The notes under the pieces are model-generated. The model saw only the letters and a list, made by a program, of their open reading frames with translations, did no database searches and had not been told where the DNA came from. DNA of 64,000 nt from Raillietiella orientalis (Eukaryota), in the NCBI GenBank assembly GCA_036172245.1, contig JAYWIR010000001.1, forward strand, positions 8,742,001-8,806,000, given 5' to 3'. This document shows, one piece after another, positions 12,958-25,986 of the stretch; within the stretch, counting starts at the first letter, position 1; each line of letters starts with the position of its first letter. A program made the translations under genes and the position numbers.

Positions 12958-14219
12958 ATTCACAAAACCGTTCCAACCAAACTGAAATCATAAAAGCCGC
13001 CCTCATGATTGCCACTCTCCCGGTATGTTTCGCAAATACTGAAAAAATTGTGCTCTCGATATTATTTAGCTTACACGCGTCTCACAGACTGCATGGCAGG
13101 CTGTAATCTTTCGGCTCATAGAAATCATGTGAAAGAAAGGTAGTCCACGCAAATAATCTAGAAAAATTAATGAAATGTAAAAGTAATGTGTCATTCCATG
13201 TGACAATGAAATTTTAAAGTTGTCACATTGGACATCAATGTTTCGTTGATTATATAGGAATTTGCTTCAGATTGAATTTATCAGCTTCAGATTGTCCGAT
13301 AACGGTTCTCATGAATATTTTTTCCACGATTTTATAATTTTCAGAACGTTTCCATGGTCAACAAAAAGTATTAAATACTTCTACATTGTAGAAATAGATA
13401 TTCATATCAGGTGTTCCGAAAATTTGTAATTGTTATTTGTTCTGAATTTTCAAATTAATCATGGGCAAAGTAAATAAATACACCGTTCGTAAAAATTGGT
13501 TTTCATCCTGCATCCATTAGGGGTAGGATTTTCACTTCCAGTTTCCGGTGAACGTTTTTTTTGTCTTTCTTTTGTATGCATGTTGCATCAAGGGATATTT
13601 GGGAGTTTGTGCCTTTTCCCCTAAATTTTAGTAAATCTAAAGTACTCAAATATGATGACAAAATCGCTTGAAGTAGATTCACAATTCTAATTACAAGCAC
13701 ATTATGCTCCAAAAAGAATTCGAAAACAACGTAAAACAAAAATATGATTACTAAGCACTACCAAAATTACAAATATCAAATTGTCTTCCAAGCTACAGCT
13801 TAGAAGACAATTGTAAAAGTAAATAAATGAAAACCAGAATCCAATCACATAGAGTACTTGTGTTTTCTAACCGCGCAAAGAAAACTACAAAAACAAAGGA
13901 AACTTAACAAGAGAAGTGCAACCCATTTTGAGGAATGCATTCAGGAAATCTTTCTATAGTGAAGAAACAAAATTGTCTTTCGACAATTAAACTGTCATTT
14001 GGGTTTCGTAAATTTCAATCCATTTTGAATAAGATTTATTCTACAAATGGGAATATTAACAATGCACAGAAAGTGCAGTGATATTTTCTAGTAAGATGCT
14101 TTTCCACAAAATCAACGTGAATGCTTGCCATCTGTTTAAAGTAAAAGATTATTTCCAGATTGTAGATTCATCCATGAGGCAACATTGAATTTGCTTCTCC
14201 GTAAAGGGTTTGCTAGAAG

Positions 14220-14730
14220 GAAGAAAGCTAGTGGAACACGCCATCGCTATAAAATGAGGGATAATACATTGTCTCACGTACCAAATCATTGTACGAGGCA
14301 CTCCTATTCTACATAGCGAGGCATGATGCGGTCGTAAGAAGGATACAGATAGTCGCCACTCAAACTGCAAAATGGAATCTGCTATCTGCAAATATAGGAA
14401 TCCCTACTATGGATTCCTCTCTGCGGTCCGATATAGGGCTACAGAAGGGTAATAAAGTGATGGTGATAGATGTTTGCTATCCATTCGAAATGGAGAGGAA
14501 GTATTCGTTGCTGACAGGAAAGAAAGAAGATAAATATAGGGTTCTGCTCACCACTTTACCTGATGCGGTCAACATGCGGAGAATTATGTATTTATAGTTG
14601 GTCTTTTGGGATTATGGGATCCACGGAATGATTCTGTTCTGTGTGCCATCGGAGTCTAATGAGGGCAAGATGAAACCGTTGATGGTTTCATACTGTATCC
14701 TCTATACTAGAGACATTTAGTGGACTCAGG
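14220..14730 (+). mobile_element. Decayed 3' end of an RLE-type non-LTR retrotransposon (R2/NeSL/Utopia-like)
   Basis: Ordered motifs TLSHVPNHC, RHDAVV, RSDI, VIDVCYPFE, KEDKYRVL and IVGLLGLWDPRND (zinc-finger remnant plus restriction-like endonuclease), broken by frameshifts. Confidence 0.8.
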
Positions 14731-15997
14731 TATTTGCACATCTTTCGGATGATAATGATGAACACTTTTGTTGATAACATCAACAGGATGATGACCACAG
14801 CGATATAGAAGAGAAGTAAGGATTTCTTCCTAACTATTGCAACATGAGGCAAAATAGGAAGACTGAAGATTGTGAAGCGCCCTTCCCTTTATACTGTCAT
14901 TGTATCCCCTTTTACTTATTAGATGCTTGCCAACTATTCAGAGTAATACATTATAAAATCATATGAATGCAGATTCATATTATTTTTGTTCATAGTCATT
15001 TCTGTGTCCTCAGTATTATTTCAAAATGGTTCATCGATCAATTTCGAAAAACTAAAATTTTTGGTCGTTGTGTTTGACGTAATTATACACATCAAACAGA
15101 AGTATTGGAAAAAAAAATGCTTTTTTCAATTTTCAGAAATTATTCCAATAACTATAGTCTAATGATGCTTTTATATCTTGTGTTCTTTTTTAAATATCTA
15201 AATATGCACTTCAATTGAAAAATGATCTGCAGATTCCCAGAAAATCTTCAGAAAAGCAGCCAATCTTAATTTGGTTCCCTGTTGGGGAGAAGAAAAAGTT
15301 TTTGGTATACTATTTATACTACCGCAGTCTGAAAGATCGCATAGATATTAATAATAAAATGACGGTTCTGATCTCAGAACAAAGTAAAATAGGAAATGAA
15401 CAATCCTTCAATTCTGAATCGTTCCTGATGACATGGGTTCTTCCTAGTTGGAATAAGTGTTGAAGTTATTTCAAAGAAAGCAGCATTTAATTTCTGAAAG
15501 TCCAAGCTTGTTGCATTATTCTGGAGTCGTATAATAATTTTGGTATAAGATGCTTGTTAGCGGGTCTATTATTCTTCTAGAAATTCTCGAAACTAACCAT
15601 TCCTGGTTATGTACTGTCTATCATATTGATGAAGATTTATAATATTCATTTCACCTCTTGTATTGGCTGGAATTACATTGCATTAGAACTGCATGTAAAT
15701 GTATGAATTTATCATCTTCCCTATGTGAAAATTAACGAAATGAGAAAGTTTAAAAATAAACGATCCTTTTGAAGAATCTTTTATTACTGCTGAGTTTGTG
15801 AAAAATCTGGAATTAGAAAATTTGATAATTGAAATGAGCTGTGAAGATTTATTTTAAATTTCGATTGGTATATCGAAAATCAATGATAAGTACTTCACAT
15901 TATTTTAAAATTAAAACTAATATTCGAATGGTTACGGGTTTTCCGTGTAGTGAATTTGCAATCCGTATTCAGGAATACATGCTTAATGACCAGAAAT

Positions 15998-18241
15998 ATG
16001 GTAAGTAAAAAAGACTCGCCATTTTGAAATGATTCTTGTTACAAGGGACGCAGCAGTCAATTTGAATTAAGTGATCCCATGGAAAACTTGTTGGATGATT
16101 TGCAAAAAGCAAAAGAAAATTTACGAGATGTTGACGAGCATATAAAGAAACTTATCGGTCGTGATCCAAGTGACTTAAGGTACCGTAACTAAGGCATTAG
16201 AAAAATTACATATGAAGTTAACTTCAGGCTCAACTTTAAAAGAAATCTTTCCAATCAGGGGTTTGATCCTAAAGGAAGAAATAGGATACAAGTATCCAGT
16301 AGGTGAGTACATTAGCCTTGATTCTGTAAATAAGTACACATAGTTTCACAAGTATAATTTTTTTTCCTTGTTGGTGTTCTATTAATTTATTTCACTTTGT
16401 ACTGTAGTGCTGATGTGTAGTGCAGTGTGGGTTTGTCCATAACAGCAATTTAAATAATTTCTCCTGGAAATCAAATTCTTTATTCCATAAATTTATTGTG
16501 ATTAGTAATTACTGTTAATAATGTGTGTGTACTTAGTTTGTAATATGAACAATAAGGCATTTAGCTAGTAGTTGAATTTGCAAAATTCTTTTATCTCCGA
16601 AGTCCATATTTTTTGGGGTAGTTCATTTTGAGGTTCCATTATGTTGTATATCATTTATTGTTCATGTCAGCATAACTGCATGGTATGTAAAATGTGTGGC
16701 GTTTCAAGTTTCATTTGGTTTCAAAAATTAATCCGAGCTATTATCCTTTAGCGGTATTTAACGTATTCATCGTCTGTTGGCACATTTCTCTTTGTGACTG
16801 ATTTTTTTTCAAAGATATGGAAACTGAAGAGCAATTTTTTTTTTTTTAATCATCATCTTATGGCAAATTCTGTTCAATAGTATTTTCTTTTTTGTTTAAA
16901 TGAGGCTTATTTGCCTTGAAGTTTTTGCCTCAGATTTTTATATCTGGATATCATAAATGAAATAACTGAAGAAATACTTGCAGAAGATTTGCATGAATAA
17001 TAGAAACCTAGACATATTAGATATATAGGGTAAAGTCGGAGTTTTTTGCATTTGAAATTATTGGTTTATGTGACTTGTACTGGTAATTCGAATAATGAAG
17101 GAAACATACTTTGTGTTGCAGAACTGATGATCAGTTTTCGGTCTCACCACCCTTAAAAAAAAAGAAAGATGGTGTTCATGGAAGGTATTTTTTTTTTTTT
17201 TTCTTCTATTGATTACATCTTGCTGGTTCTTTCAGATTAGGGCCATTGGTTGGCTCTTCTTATTATGCTTCCAAAGAAAACGAAGATAGTTTTGAAGATG
17301 ATGAACTTCCCTTAAAGGTAGACAGTAAAATCAGCATGATGATTATTTCCTTTATATGTAATAGCCAGCAGTAGCATCTTCTGTCATTGCTCACCCAAAA
17401 GAGCAGAAAACACGATTGGAAGTTGTTGCTCAACAAAAGGCTGATAAAAAAAGTTTAGATAGGTAAGTATTCGTTTTTATATGCTTTTATCATAGTTGTG
17501 AAATAGGAATCGTCGGGTATTTGGAGCTTTGTTAGGAACATTACAAAAGTTTTGTCAAGAAGAAACAAAGCAGAAGGATAAGGTTTGACTTAAAGAAATG
17601 CTTTTCTTTGATCTATTAGTTAATAGGAAGAAAAGCGAATGATACTGGAAAAAAAAATTGAAGAAGCAGAAAGTAAAGAAAAAGAAGAAATGAAGAAGGA
17701 AAAACAAGAACTGTTCCTTGAGCGTAAAAGGAAGCAAGCAGAGATTCGTCGCATTGAATATAAAATGGCTCGTGTGCGGGAAGTAAGTTGTTGGTTTCTC
17801 CCTGAGTTTAAATGTACTTTTTTGTTTAGCAAGAAGCCTGGGAGAAGGTTCAACTTCCTTTATACAATTTTATCAAAACCAAAGTTCAGCCTTCCATATT
17901 TTTTCTACCCAAAATCCACAATCTTGTTAGTGAAGAACGCCTAGCTGAATGGCAGAAGCAGATGACTCGTATGCCAATGGAAAAAAAAAAAAAATCCTTA
18001 TCTCTATTGTATTTCCAGAGTCAATGGAAGAAAAACGTAAGCAGCTTGAAGAGGAGTTGGAAGAAGTAGAGGCAAGAGCAAGGCGTAATTATGCCCCAGA
18101 GCAGAATAATGTGGAACAAGTAACTGTAGAAACCAAGGAAGTTAATGATGATAGCCATGGTAAGTTTGATTTTAAAATCAGTTGATTACATCTGTATTAG
18201 ATATGGAACAAATTCATGTTCGGCAAGAAGGAGTACGTTAA
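15998..18241 (+). CDS. PNN: Pinin. Exons 15998-16000, 16046-16179, 16228-16302, 17122-17184, 17236-17317, 17365-17462, 17507-17583, 17627-17782, 17830-17968, 18019-18159, 18201-18241; terminal exons less certain
   Basis: LQKAKENLRDVDEHIKKLIGRDP (Pinin N-terminus), RNRRVFGALLGTLQKF and FIKTKVQPSIFFLPK (Pinin/SDK/memA domain). GT-AG introns in phase. Confidence 0.93.
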
Positions 18242-21200
18242 AACAAAAATTTTGTGCTTTCGTTAATGGAAGTCAGGAACAGTTATTCCAAAATAAATTC
18301 ACAAGGAAACTTTTTTTTACCATTTTGCTGATACATTTCCCAATGAAAGATCATGTTGCATCACAAGCACAATGCTTGATACTTGATAACTGATGTAATT
18401 CTCGATAATTGTTTTCTTATCCAGGTTAACTCAGTTAATGATTACAAGTAACAGCTGTAGTTTCTTATGTAAAATGACTGTTGCAAGTATAATTCAAAGT
18501 TTGAGCATCAGGTTTGTTTTTCCATATGGTTCCCTATTTTTAATGTATGCTTGAAGTTTGCACTGGTAATTTGCAGGAGTCACTATCATAAAAAGTTTTA
18601 CAGTAGTAGTTGATGTGAAACTTATTGATAAATTTGTGTAGATGATTATTTGTGGTTCAGAAACTTAAGTATTTAAGGAATAAGTTATCCATACCTTGTG
18701 TTATTGTAAAAGCATATTTCCTATTCGCCATAAAAAATATTGTTTATTAAATATGTGTTTGCAAGCTTTTGTTGCCTTATTAGTCATATTCTTGGAAAGG
18801 CTTTTCTGTTTCCCCATTTGGAAATGTGGTGAATATGATGGGTATGTTACAAAATCATTTCAGATTCTTAGTGAACCAAGTGTTCCCTATTTGCCCTTTT
18901 AAAATACACAGAGAAAACTCAGTGGACATTGCATTGAAAGTTATTGTATTTGTTGTTAATGATTGTAAGAATGCAACATGATTTCATTTCCAAGAATTTT
19001 TTGGTCCCACTTGAAATGACGTAAATGATGAACTTTGGAGGAACTTTGAAAATTAAAGACAGGAAACTAGGAATGCAGTCCTGTTGCAGATGTCTAAGTT
19101 TTCTGAATGAATTAGCACATTAATTTCCGAAGCATGTAAATTTTGAGAACTGTGATTTGACTCGAAAAAACTCCTGCATAATTCTGCAACAAACAACATT
19201 GAAGCTTTAGCATCTCAGCAGATATACCTGTATTGATTCAAAAAAATGACCATTGCAATTTAGAAAGGCATGGCCAGATTGAATGAAGACTAGTTTCACA
19301 GTGTTACATTTGTTTTGCAGTACTGTTTCTGGCATTTTTTCTGAAGCAAGTAGGCAGTATTTTCGAGATGGCAGTGACTATGGTGCTGTGCGCATTTGTT
19401 TTATGTGGCTAGGCTTGGACACGAAAACTTTGAATCCTTACTCTTTGGTCTGTGGGAAATGAAATTCTTTGTGTGTGAATCAAAAGGAGTCAACTGCATG
19501 TGGTTACATGACTCACTGTCTGCAAGAGTGAATGCAGCAGTCATCCTCTTTAGATTTGAAACTTAAGTGCTTGCTCCTTCCTTTTTTTCTTTTTTTGCCT
19601 CTAATGTGCTCATCAAAAATTTTCAGAATTTGTTGACATTTAATCACTGCAGTTCAGTGTGTAAGACAAGTCAGTCAAAAAAATGATGGTGTTTTTGGGT
19701 TTTGCCTTGTGTGTAGAGACATACGTAATAAGATGTAGAGAAAATAGAATGGCATGTGGAACTGATCGTGGTCTACTTTTGTGTCAGATGTAATCAGATG
19801 CATGTCTTTATGAAAATATAGTAAAGAACAGTTTTCAAAATTCGAATGTCCCAGTATTTCAGAAAGTAGCATAGCCATTCTTTGTAAGTGATGCTTATGT
19901 TGTTGTATCATTGAAGTGCTCGTTGTTCGTTATAGAATTGCGGACGTATGTCAAATCGTAGTGGAGGAAATTAATTTGAATATCAGGTTCTAGGTTATCC
20001 TTATTTTCCCCCTTTATTGGTTGGGAATTGCTATATTTTGTGGTAACCGAAAAATACATCTTAAGAAACACCACTTCCAAACCTGTATAGTAAGGGCAGC
20101 TGTCCTCTTCAGCCTGTGCTCTGTGAATGGATGAGCTTAACTGGAGTGATTTTTTCCCGACTGAACTTTCAAACTCTGTAATGCATGGATGCTAAGATGA
20201 GAAAAAGGTGGAATTTGAATCATCCTAGGTTGTAGAAACTCTTGTCATTGCTGAATACTGATATCATGCAAAGTATAAGGCATGGAATCCTGTTTACTCA
20301 CCTACCATTGGGAATAGGGCTAGTACAGTACCTCATTAACTCTAAATGTTGTGGGGAATTTAAAATTTGCATGTAACTTGGACTTCTCCCATGGAACGCA
20401 ACTTGTTGTGTTATCCAGGTCACTCCCAGGTCTTTCAGATCAGTCCTTTATATGTTTTTAGGGAGTGGGATCAGCCTGCAGTGATTTTTGTGTGCAGTGA
20501 TCTGTGTTTTTCTTTGGGGGGGGGCTCAAGAAGTTGTTTGTAATTTACGTTGCAATAAATAGTACAAGCACGATGTGATTCCCAGAGACAGCCCATATTG
20601 ACAATGCGAGTGAATTCATTGCCCAGGATGGAAGCAGGATGCAATTGAGAGTGTCAGCATTGAGCACCGTGTGCTACTTAGTTTGTTTCTTGTTTGTGAT
20701 GGATGTTTATTCATAGCATATTCTTTCTGATGAATTTGTAGCAGTCGTCTCGTACAGGAAACTTGAAAATTGTGCCTCCTCAGAAAATGTGCCTCTCGTG
20801 CACCTTTTGCATTGTCAGTAAATTCGGGAATTTGCGAAAACAGTGCACATCATGAAATCTTGAAGCATGCAAGTGGAATACTATTTCAGACGTTATTTTG
20901 ATGGTATCCAATTCCGTTCAGGATAATGTGCCTTTTGTTTTCATCACCCCTAATCATTCGAATTGAAAGCTCAACTGGGTTAGCCGTTGAGTTGGCCTTC
21001 AAGAATATGCCATGACAAATCTGAAGTGGATTGTGATTCGACGGATGTAATCATGGAGGTTGAAGCAGTAGAGTAGGTTGCCAGAGGAAGTCATTTTCGT
21101 AGCTGCTGCCAAGGGGCGACCAGGTTTTCCTTTTCGAATCTCGTGTTGTTAACAGTTTCAAAGCTTCTGCCGTTCTGCGAAGTTTGATAAATGAAGCGAC

Positions 21201-21679
21201 CGATGTTTCTAATCAAAGTCGCTCCATTTTTCAAGCGGTAACTTGTTTTTTCGAGATTTTTCCTGAATTTAAAGCTAAGAAGTACACGTAGTGTCATTGA
21301 CGTGCAGCAGTGCAGTTGTACGCTTCGGAAACTACGAAACACCCTAAAAGGTAACTGAGGTACCTCGTCCAAACTCTATCTAACCGAACCCTCTAGATGT
21401 TACCTTGGCCAGGGAACGCACAGTGCTGAAATGCATGAATGCACGCGTCTTTGATTTTTACCTCCCGTAGAGATGAATGCCTTGCGTGCGACAAGAAAGA
21501 TAGTCACCATCTTCGAAGCATGCGGGGGATGGTGCAGAATCATACTTTAGCTCGTTTTTTCGATAAAGAAGCAGGTAGAATACTTCACTTTTCAAAAAAA
21601 GAAAAAAAAGACTGATTGTTTCAGTTATAAACTCTTAAGTAAAAACTAACGAAAAACTTTTTCAAATGTGTGACTCGAT

Positions 21680-21715
<36 letters not shown>

Positions 21716-21849
21716 AAACTGCTGCTAGAACTACAGTTTAATTATGTATAGGACTGTTCACCCCTGCTATGGAATTCAAGTCATTTGGATTTTCCCTTCG
21801 ATCACAGTAAAGATTCACCAGAGTTTCAATTCTGAAGCTTATTTAAAGC

Positions 21850-22925
21850 AAAAGCGGGAAAAAATTGACATGGAAGATAAACTCGAATTGATGTCTTAAC
21901 ACATTCCCAGTCAGCAGAAGAACACGAAGACCCCATCTCACGAACCGCCGTAGTGATTGCTTCTGACAGACTCGAAAAACGTAGTTCTCTCAAGAGTATG
22001 GAAGTTTCAGCGGCACTCGAAGTTCACGCAGCCAGTGGGTAGTATAACACATGGGATGCCTTATGCTTGGTTTATACGGAAAAGAAATGAGGAGGAACGG
22101 AAGGCGAAAGGACTCTGGATCTCGTAGCACATTTCAGGAATCAAAGAGTGCAAAAGGTCCTCTGCGAAAAAGAACATCCAACTGGTAAACGGAAAATTTT
22201 GGTTAAGGTTCGATGCTGAAACGAATCAGTTGATCTGAAGAACCTTCTGCAGTCCGCATCAGCAGCAGTAAAAAAAAATTTTTTCACCAAAAAATAACGA
22301 AATTCGAAGCCTATAAACGGTGTAGAAATTTAGCCAAAGCCCGAATGGCTTTCTATTTTCTATTGCACAAGGACCCTAACGGAAAACCCCAAACGGATCA
22401 ACTGAACGGGGAGAATTTGCTTGTTGCGGAAAGATCTGTGAATACATAAGAAACTCATGAAGTCGGCATCAGGAATTTCAGTTATTGCTGTAAATAAATT
22501 ATCTTGAAAATATCATGTAGCGGCCACTCTCTCCACCAGCAAATGGCGACACCCAGACTTGGAGGCAAACAATCGAAAGCTCAGTGTTATTCCGGAAATG
22601 CCATCACACACAATCCTTGTTTCACCATACAAAGTTTCAAAAGTGTATCCTTGAAGTTCTTCGTTTAAGCAGTTTTCTGTGTGAAATTCGGACAAGGTAT
22701 TGATGCCAATGCGATCGTTAGATCAGCAAAGAACGAAATGGGAATTGAAAGAGATGCAAAGGATCAGAGGGATATCAAGCATTCCAATTGTCCGTCTTAA
22801 AATTGATGAAACCAAAACCAACAGCAATACAGACAGTAGTAGGTTTCCATCAGGAATTTTTGCGATTCTCCGTAGTCAAATAAACAGAATTCTCGAAACC
22901 GAATAGGGATGCTCTCCTAGGGAAA
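21850..22925 (+). mobile_element. Possible highly decayed L1-like ORF2 remnant
   Basis: Weak ordered remnants (RID; E*GCSP, cf. RQGCPLSP). No intact ORF. Confidence 0.25.
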
Positions 22926-25056
22926 GGAATAAAAAGTAGGCAGCATGGTGACTGTAACAGGGTTGAGAGAACTCTCTAAAGTAGTCAGAAAGTTTTAAAG
23001 CAAATGTTTAAAATAAAAAAAAAAAATCCGACAGATAGCATCGTGAGAAATTACAAGAAACCGTTTTTAGTGAGACAACGTCGGAGTATTGAAATACGAG
23101 AGGCGGAAATTACGGGAAAAATGGCATTCGTGGAACAAGGTGAAAAACTAGTTTACAAAAAGAAGAAAAGTTCAGTTACTTTTTATTAAAAAGGCTTATG
23201 TCTGTTGAGAATTGAGTGTGATTCTTTGCTTAGTTTCGCAGTAGTCATGCATTCCTATTGATTTTGCAAAATTTCCGGCTTTTGATGAGAATAAACGACT
23301 GGAAACATACCTGAATTGTAAAATCTTTTCAAAATACCAAGGAAGAATACAAGCAGATATGCAGAAATTGTTGGCTGAGAACCTTTACCATTGTAAATCC
23401 ATTGATTATTGCTTTTGACTAAATAATTGTATAAAATTTGCAATCTTAAAGATACAGATGGCTGCCCAATGTTGCTTTTGTTTTCCAATTTAGAGAACAA
23501 TCATCTCCAATCATTTTATGTGTTTCACTTGGAAGAAGCTCTATTGCAAAGAAGCAGGAATTCTTTATGCTGTACATAACTTCGAAGAGTAGCAATGCGA
23601 ACGTGATACCTGTTACGTGCTGACATACACACACTGTTTGTTAAAATTTTCTCGGAGACCTCGAAGTTTCAATGAGATTATCGAATCCCTGAGGTGTGGT
23701 AGCCAAAGTACTTCATGTCTTCGCTAAGGAATTTATTTTCAAACTAATATCGGAAAAACCTATAAATTAATGGCTTGCTTTGGGTGATTTCATTGATCAA
23801 AATAAATTATGCAACATTACTATCTTCATCTTGGAACTCAGGGTTGGAATATTGATACCGTTTTCAGTGACTTGTTCATGCAAATTTAGATTGAATAATA
23901 ACAGAGTTTCAGGATATTGCTAGCAGATTTTTTTTTTTGTTTTTGGGGAAGGAATTCAGATGAAATTTCAAACAAAACATCTATTTATATAAATACATTC
24001 ATTTATCTGAAGAATTATGAAGGAATGGCTCTCGTAAAGCAAAGTGCTTTCAGATTGTTTCGAAGGGACAAAAACTAATCTTGCATACTAATCGAGCATT
24101 TAAATATTTTCAGTATAAAAATTATGTTACAAATGTTATGTGGGTTAAAATGTGAACCTTGCTTTACTTTATGATGAGATTTCTGTGTGAAAATATACAT
24201 CAATTACTATTTGGACTTACAGTATTGGCAGCCCTTTACTAATCAGTTTTAAGGTGCGAACACAGTTGGGATTGAATCGTACAGGTGTGTAACTGGTATA
24301 CGAAGTGTAAAGACAGGGTGATACATGCACATTTCTCGAGGTCTACGTATAGTATGTTAGCATATGGATATTGTAAATCAAAGCATTTGCATCACAAGTG
24401 AAGGATTTTTGCACAATATAAAGTTTTTTGCAAATTTAAGTGCATTGCGATTGGTAAGATGAACTTTGAAAATGCAGTAGTGTACAAATACAGAAAATTT
24501 TTTGTATCAATGTCTAAAATGGTTTGGTATATTTGGGGAAAAAAATGTGCGCCACATTTAATTCAGATGCGAAAGTAATCGCATTCCTTACACCTGCTTC
24601 AATACACTTGTAGCTGTACTGCAATATTTCCTTGTTTGTTTAATACCAATTGCATGCGCTTGGCGCAGTGTTTGCAGGCCTAAGCCGTGTGATCCCCTTG
24701 CGTTGAAGCCCCGTCTTCTGTAATGGACATACATGTGGACTTGCTTACACCATAAAACCTGTAATTTAGTTTATCACACACATCATTGATGCATACGAGG
24801 GCAATTTTCTTGTTGGAAACCCGTTTGTATAGGTTTAGGAGTGCTAGAAAAATCCGTTGGTGCATGCACACAACAGAGATGCAGCAGCAAACATTGCAGA
24901 GCGCTGTACACCAAATAGAAAGATTTCAATGAACTTTATTCAGCAGAATACACAAAAGTGGTTTTAGAGCATCTATAAGATTTGAAAAAAAGGTTGATAA
25001 GTTCATTAAAATTCTGCATTTTTCAGTGTTGAAGCATTAAGGTGTTACAGATGCAA

Positions 25057-25986
25057 TTAATGTTTAAATAATGCAAGCATCTTTCCTTTTAAGGGAGTTA
25101 AGTTTCTTTCTTTAGGCACACACATATCACCACGTTTCAAAAATTCAGGATTGATTTCTTGAAGATTATTATTACTTAGCAATAAATCTGGTAGCCTCCA
25201 TATGCCTGGCCTAACACTTTTACCTTGCATGGCTACAACAAAAAAGTAATGGGTTCTGTACAACAGCTTTTCTAATTCAACAGAACTGGAAGAACTGGAA
25301 GAATCGAATACAAAAGTTCTTGGATTTTTTAACATTGGATTGGCAACTGCTGCAAACCCATTAAGCAAAGCCCAATGAGCCCTGTGGCCCTGTTTGCAAG
25401 AAGGTTGGTTTCCCAAGTCGTCATAACTAAATACTGTTAAGAAAAATACATTGGCATGACATTACGCCCTCCAAACTACACAATTTAAAGGATACGCAAT
25501 AAGAATAGGAATTTGCCTAAAAATTAGAGTACACAAGTCTTTCCTTAGTTTGTAATCACTTTCCAGTAAAACGGGTGTGCATTTTAAGAGTGATGTTGCC
25601 AGTTGTGCCATATCTTGGATGCTAAATATTTCTCCTTGTTGGGTTATACCCAGTGATTTTGCTTTGCAAAAAATGTCCTTCACTAACAGTGGCTGCTGCA
25701 AGATTTGCGCTGCCATTGATAATGCTACTAGTCCACATCTAAAAACAAAATACACAATCCTACATAAACTTGAATGCATAAATACTTAACTGAGGACCTG
25801 TTTGTATAACTGGTTGGACAGAAGTAAAATACAGTCCAATGTCATTCTTTTCACTGACTTCAGGGAAACAGTGAAGTCGTTTTAAGAACTCACTTTCATT
25901 GAAATCATAGGATCTGAACAGTTCTAATTCATAGCAAGGTTCTTTAAGAGGCAAGATATCTGGTGGTACGGGCAAAGTTGGAATCA
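25057..25986 (-). CDS. ACTMAP: Actin maturation protease (UPF0692/C19orf54). Exons 25986-25791, 25738-25496, 25426-25057; first exon not located
   Basis: QTGPQCGLVALSMA, GEIFS, AYDDLGNQPSCKQGHRAHWA and QGKS..PGIW...LLLSNNNLQE match the family. Putative catalytic Cys and His present. Confidence 0.9.
25427..25495 (-). other. U12-type (minor spliceosome) GT-AG intron, 69 nt
   Basis: 5' splice site GTATCCTTT; branch site TTCTTAAC just upstream of the 3' TAG. Removal restores the conserved AYD motif. Confidence 0.9.

Noticed and set aside
13196..13231. ATGTGACAA…TTGTCACAT inverted repeat
   Set aside because: A 9-bp stem in AT-rich DNA is compatible with chance.
19080..21080. Exon-like patches downstream of Pinin
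   Set aside because: No sustained frame or recognisable family.
21681..21718. Poly(T)-poly(A) palindrome
   Set aside because: Simple homopolymers, uninformative and error-prone.
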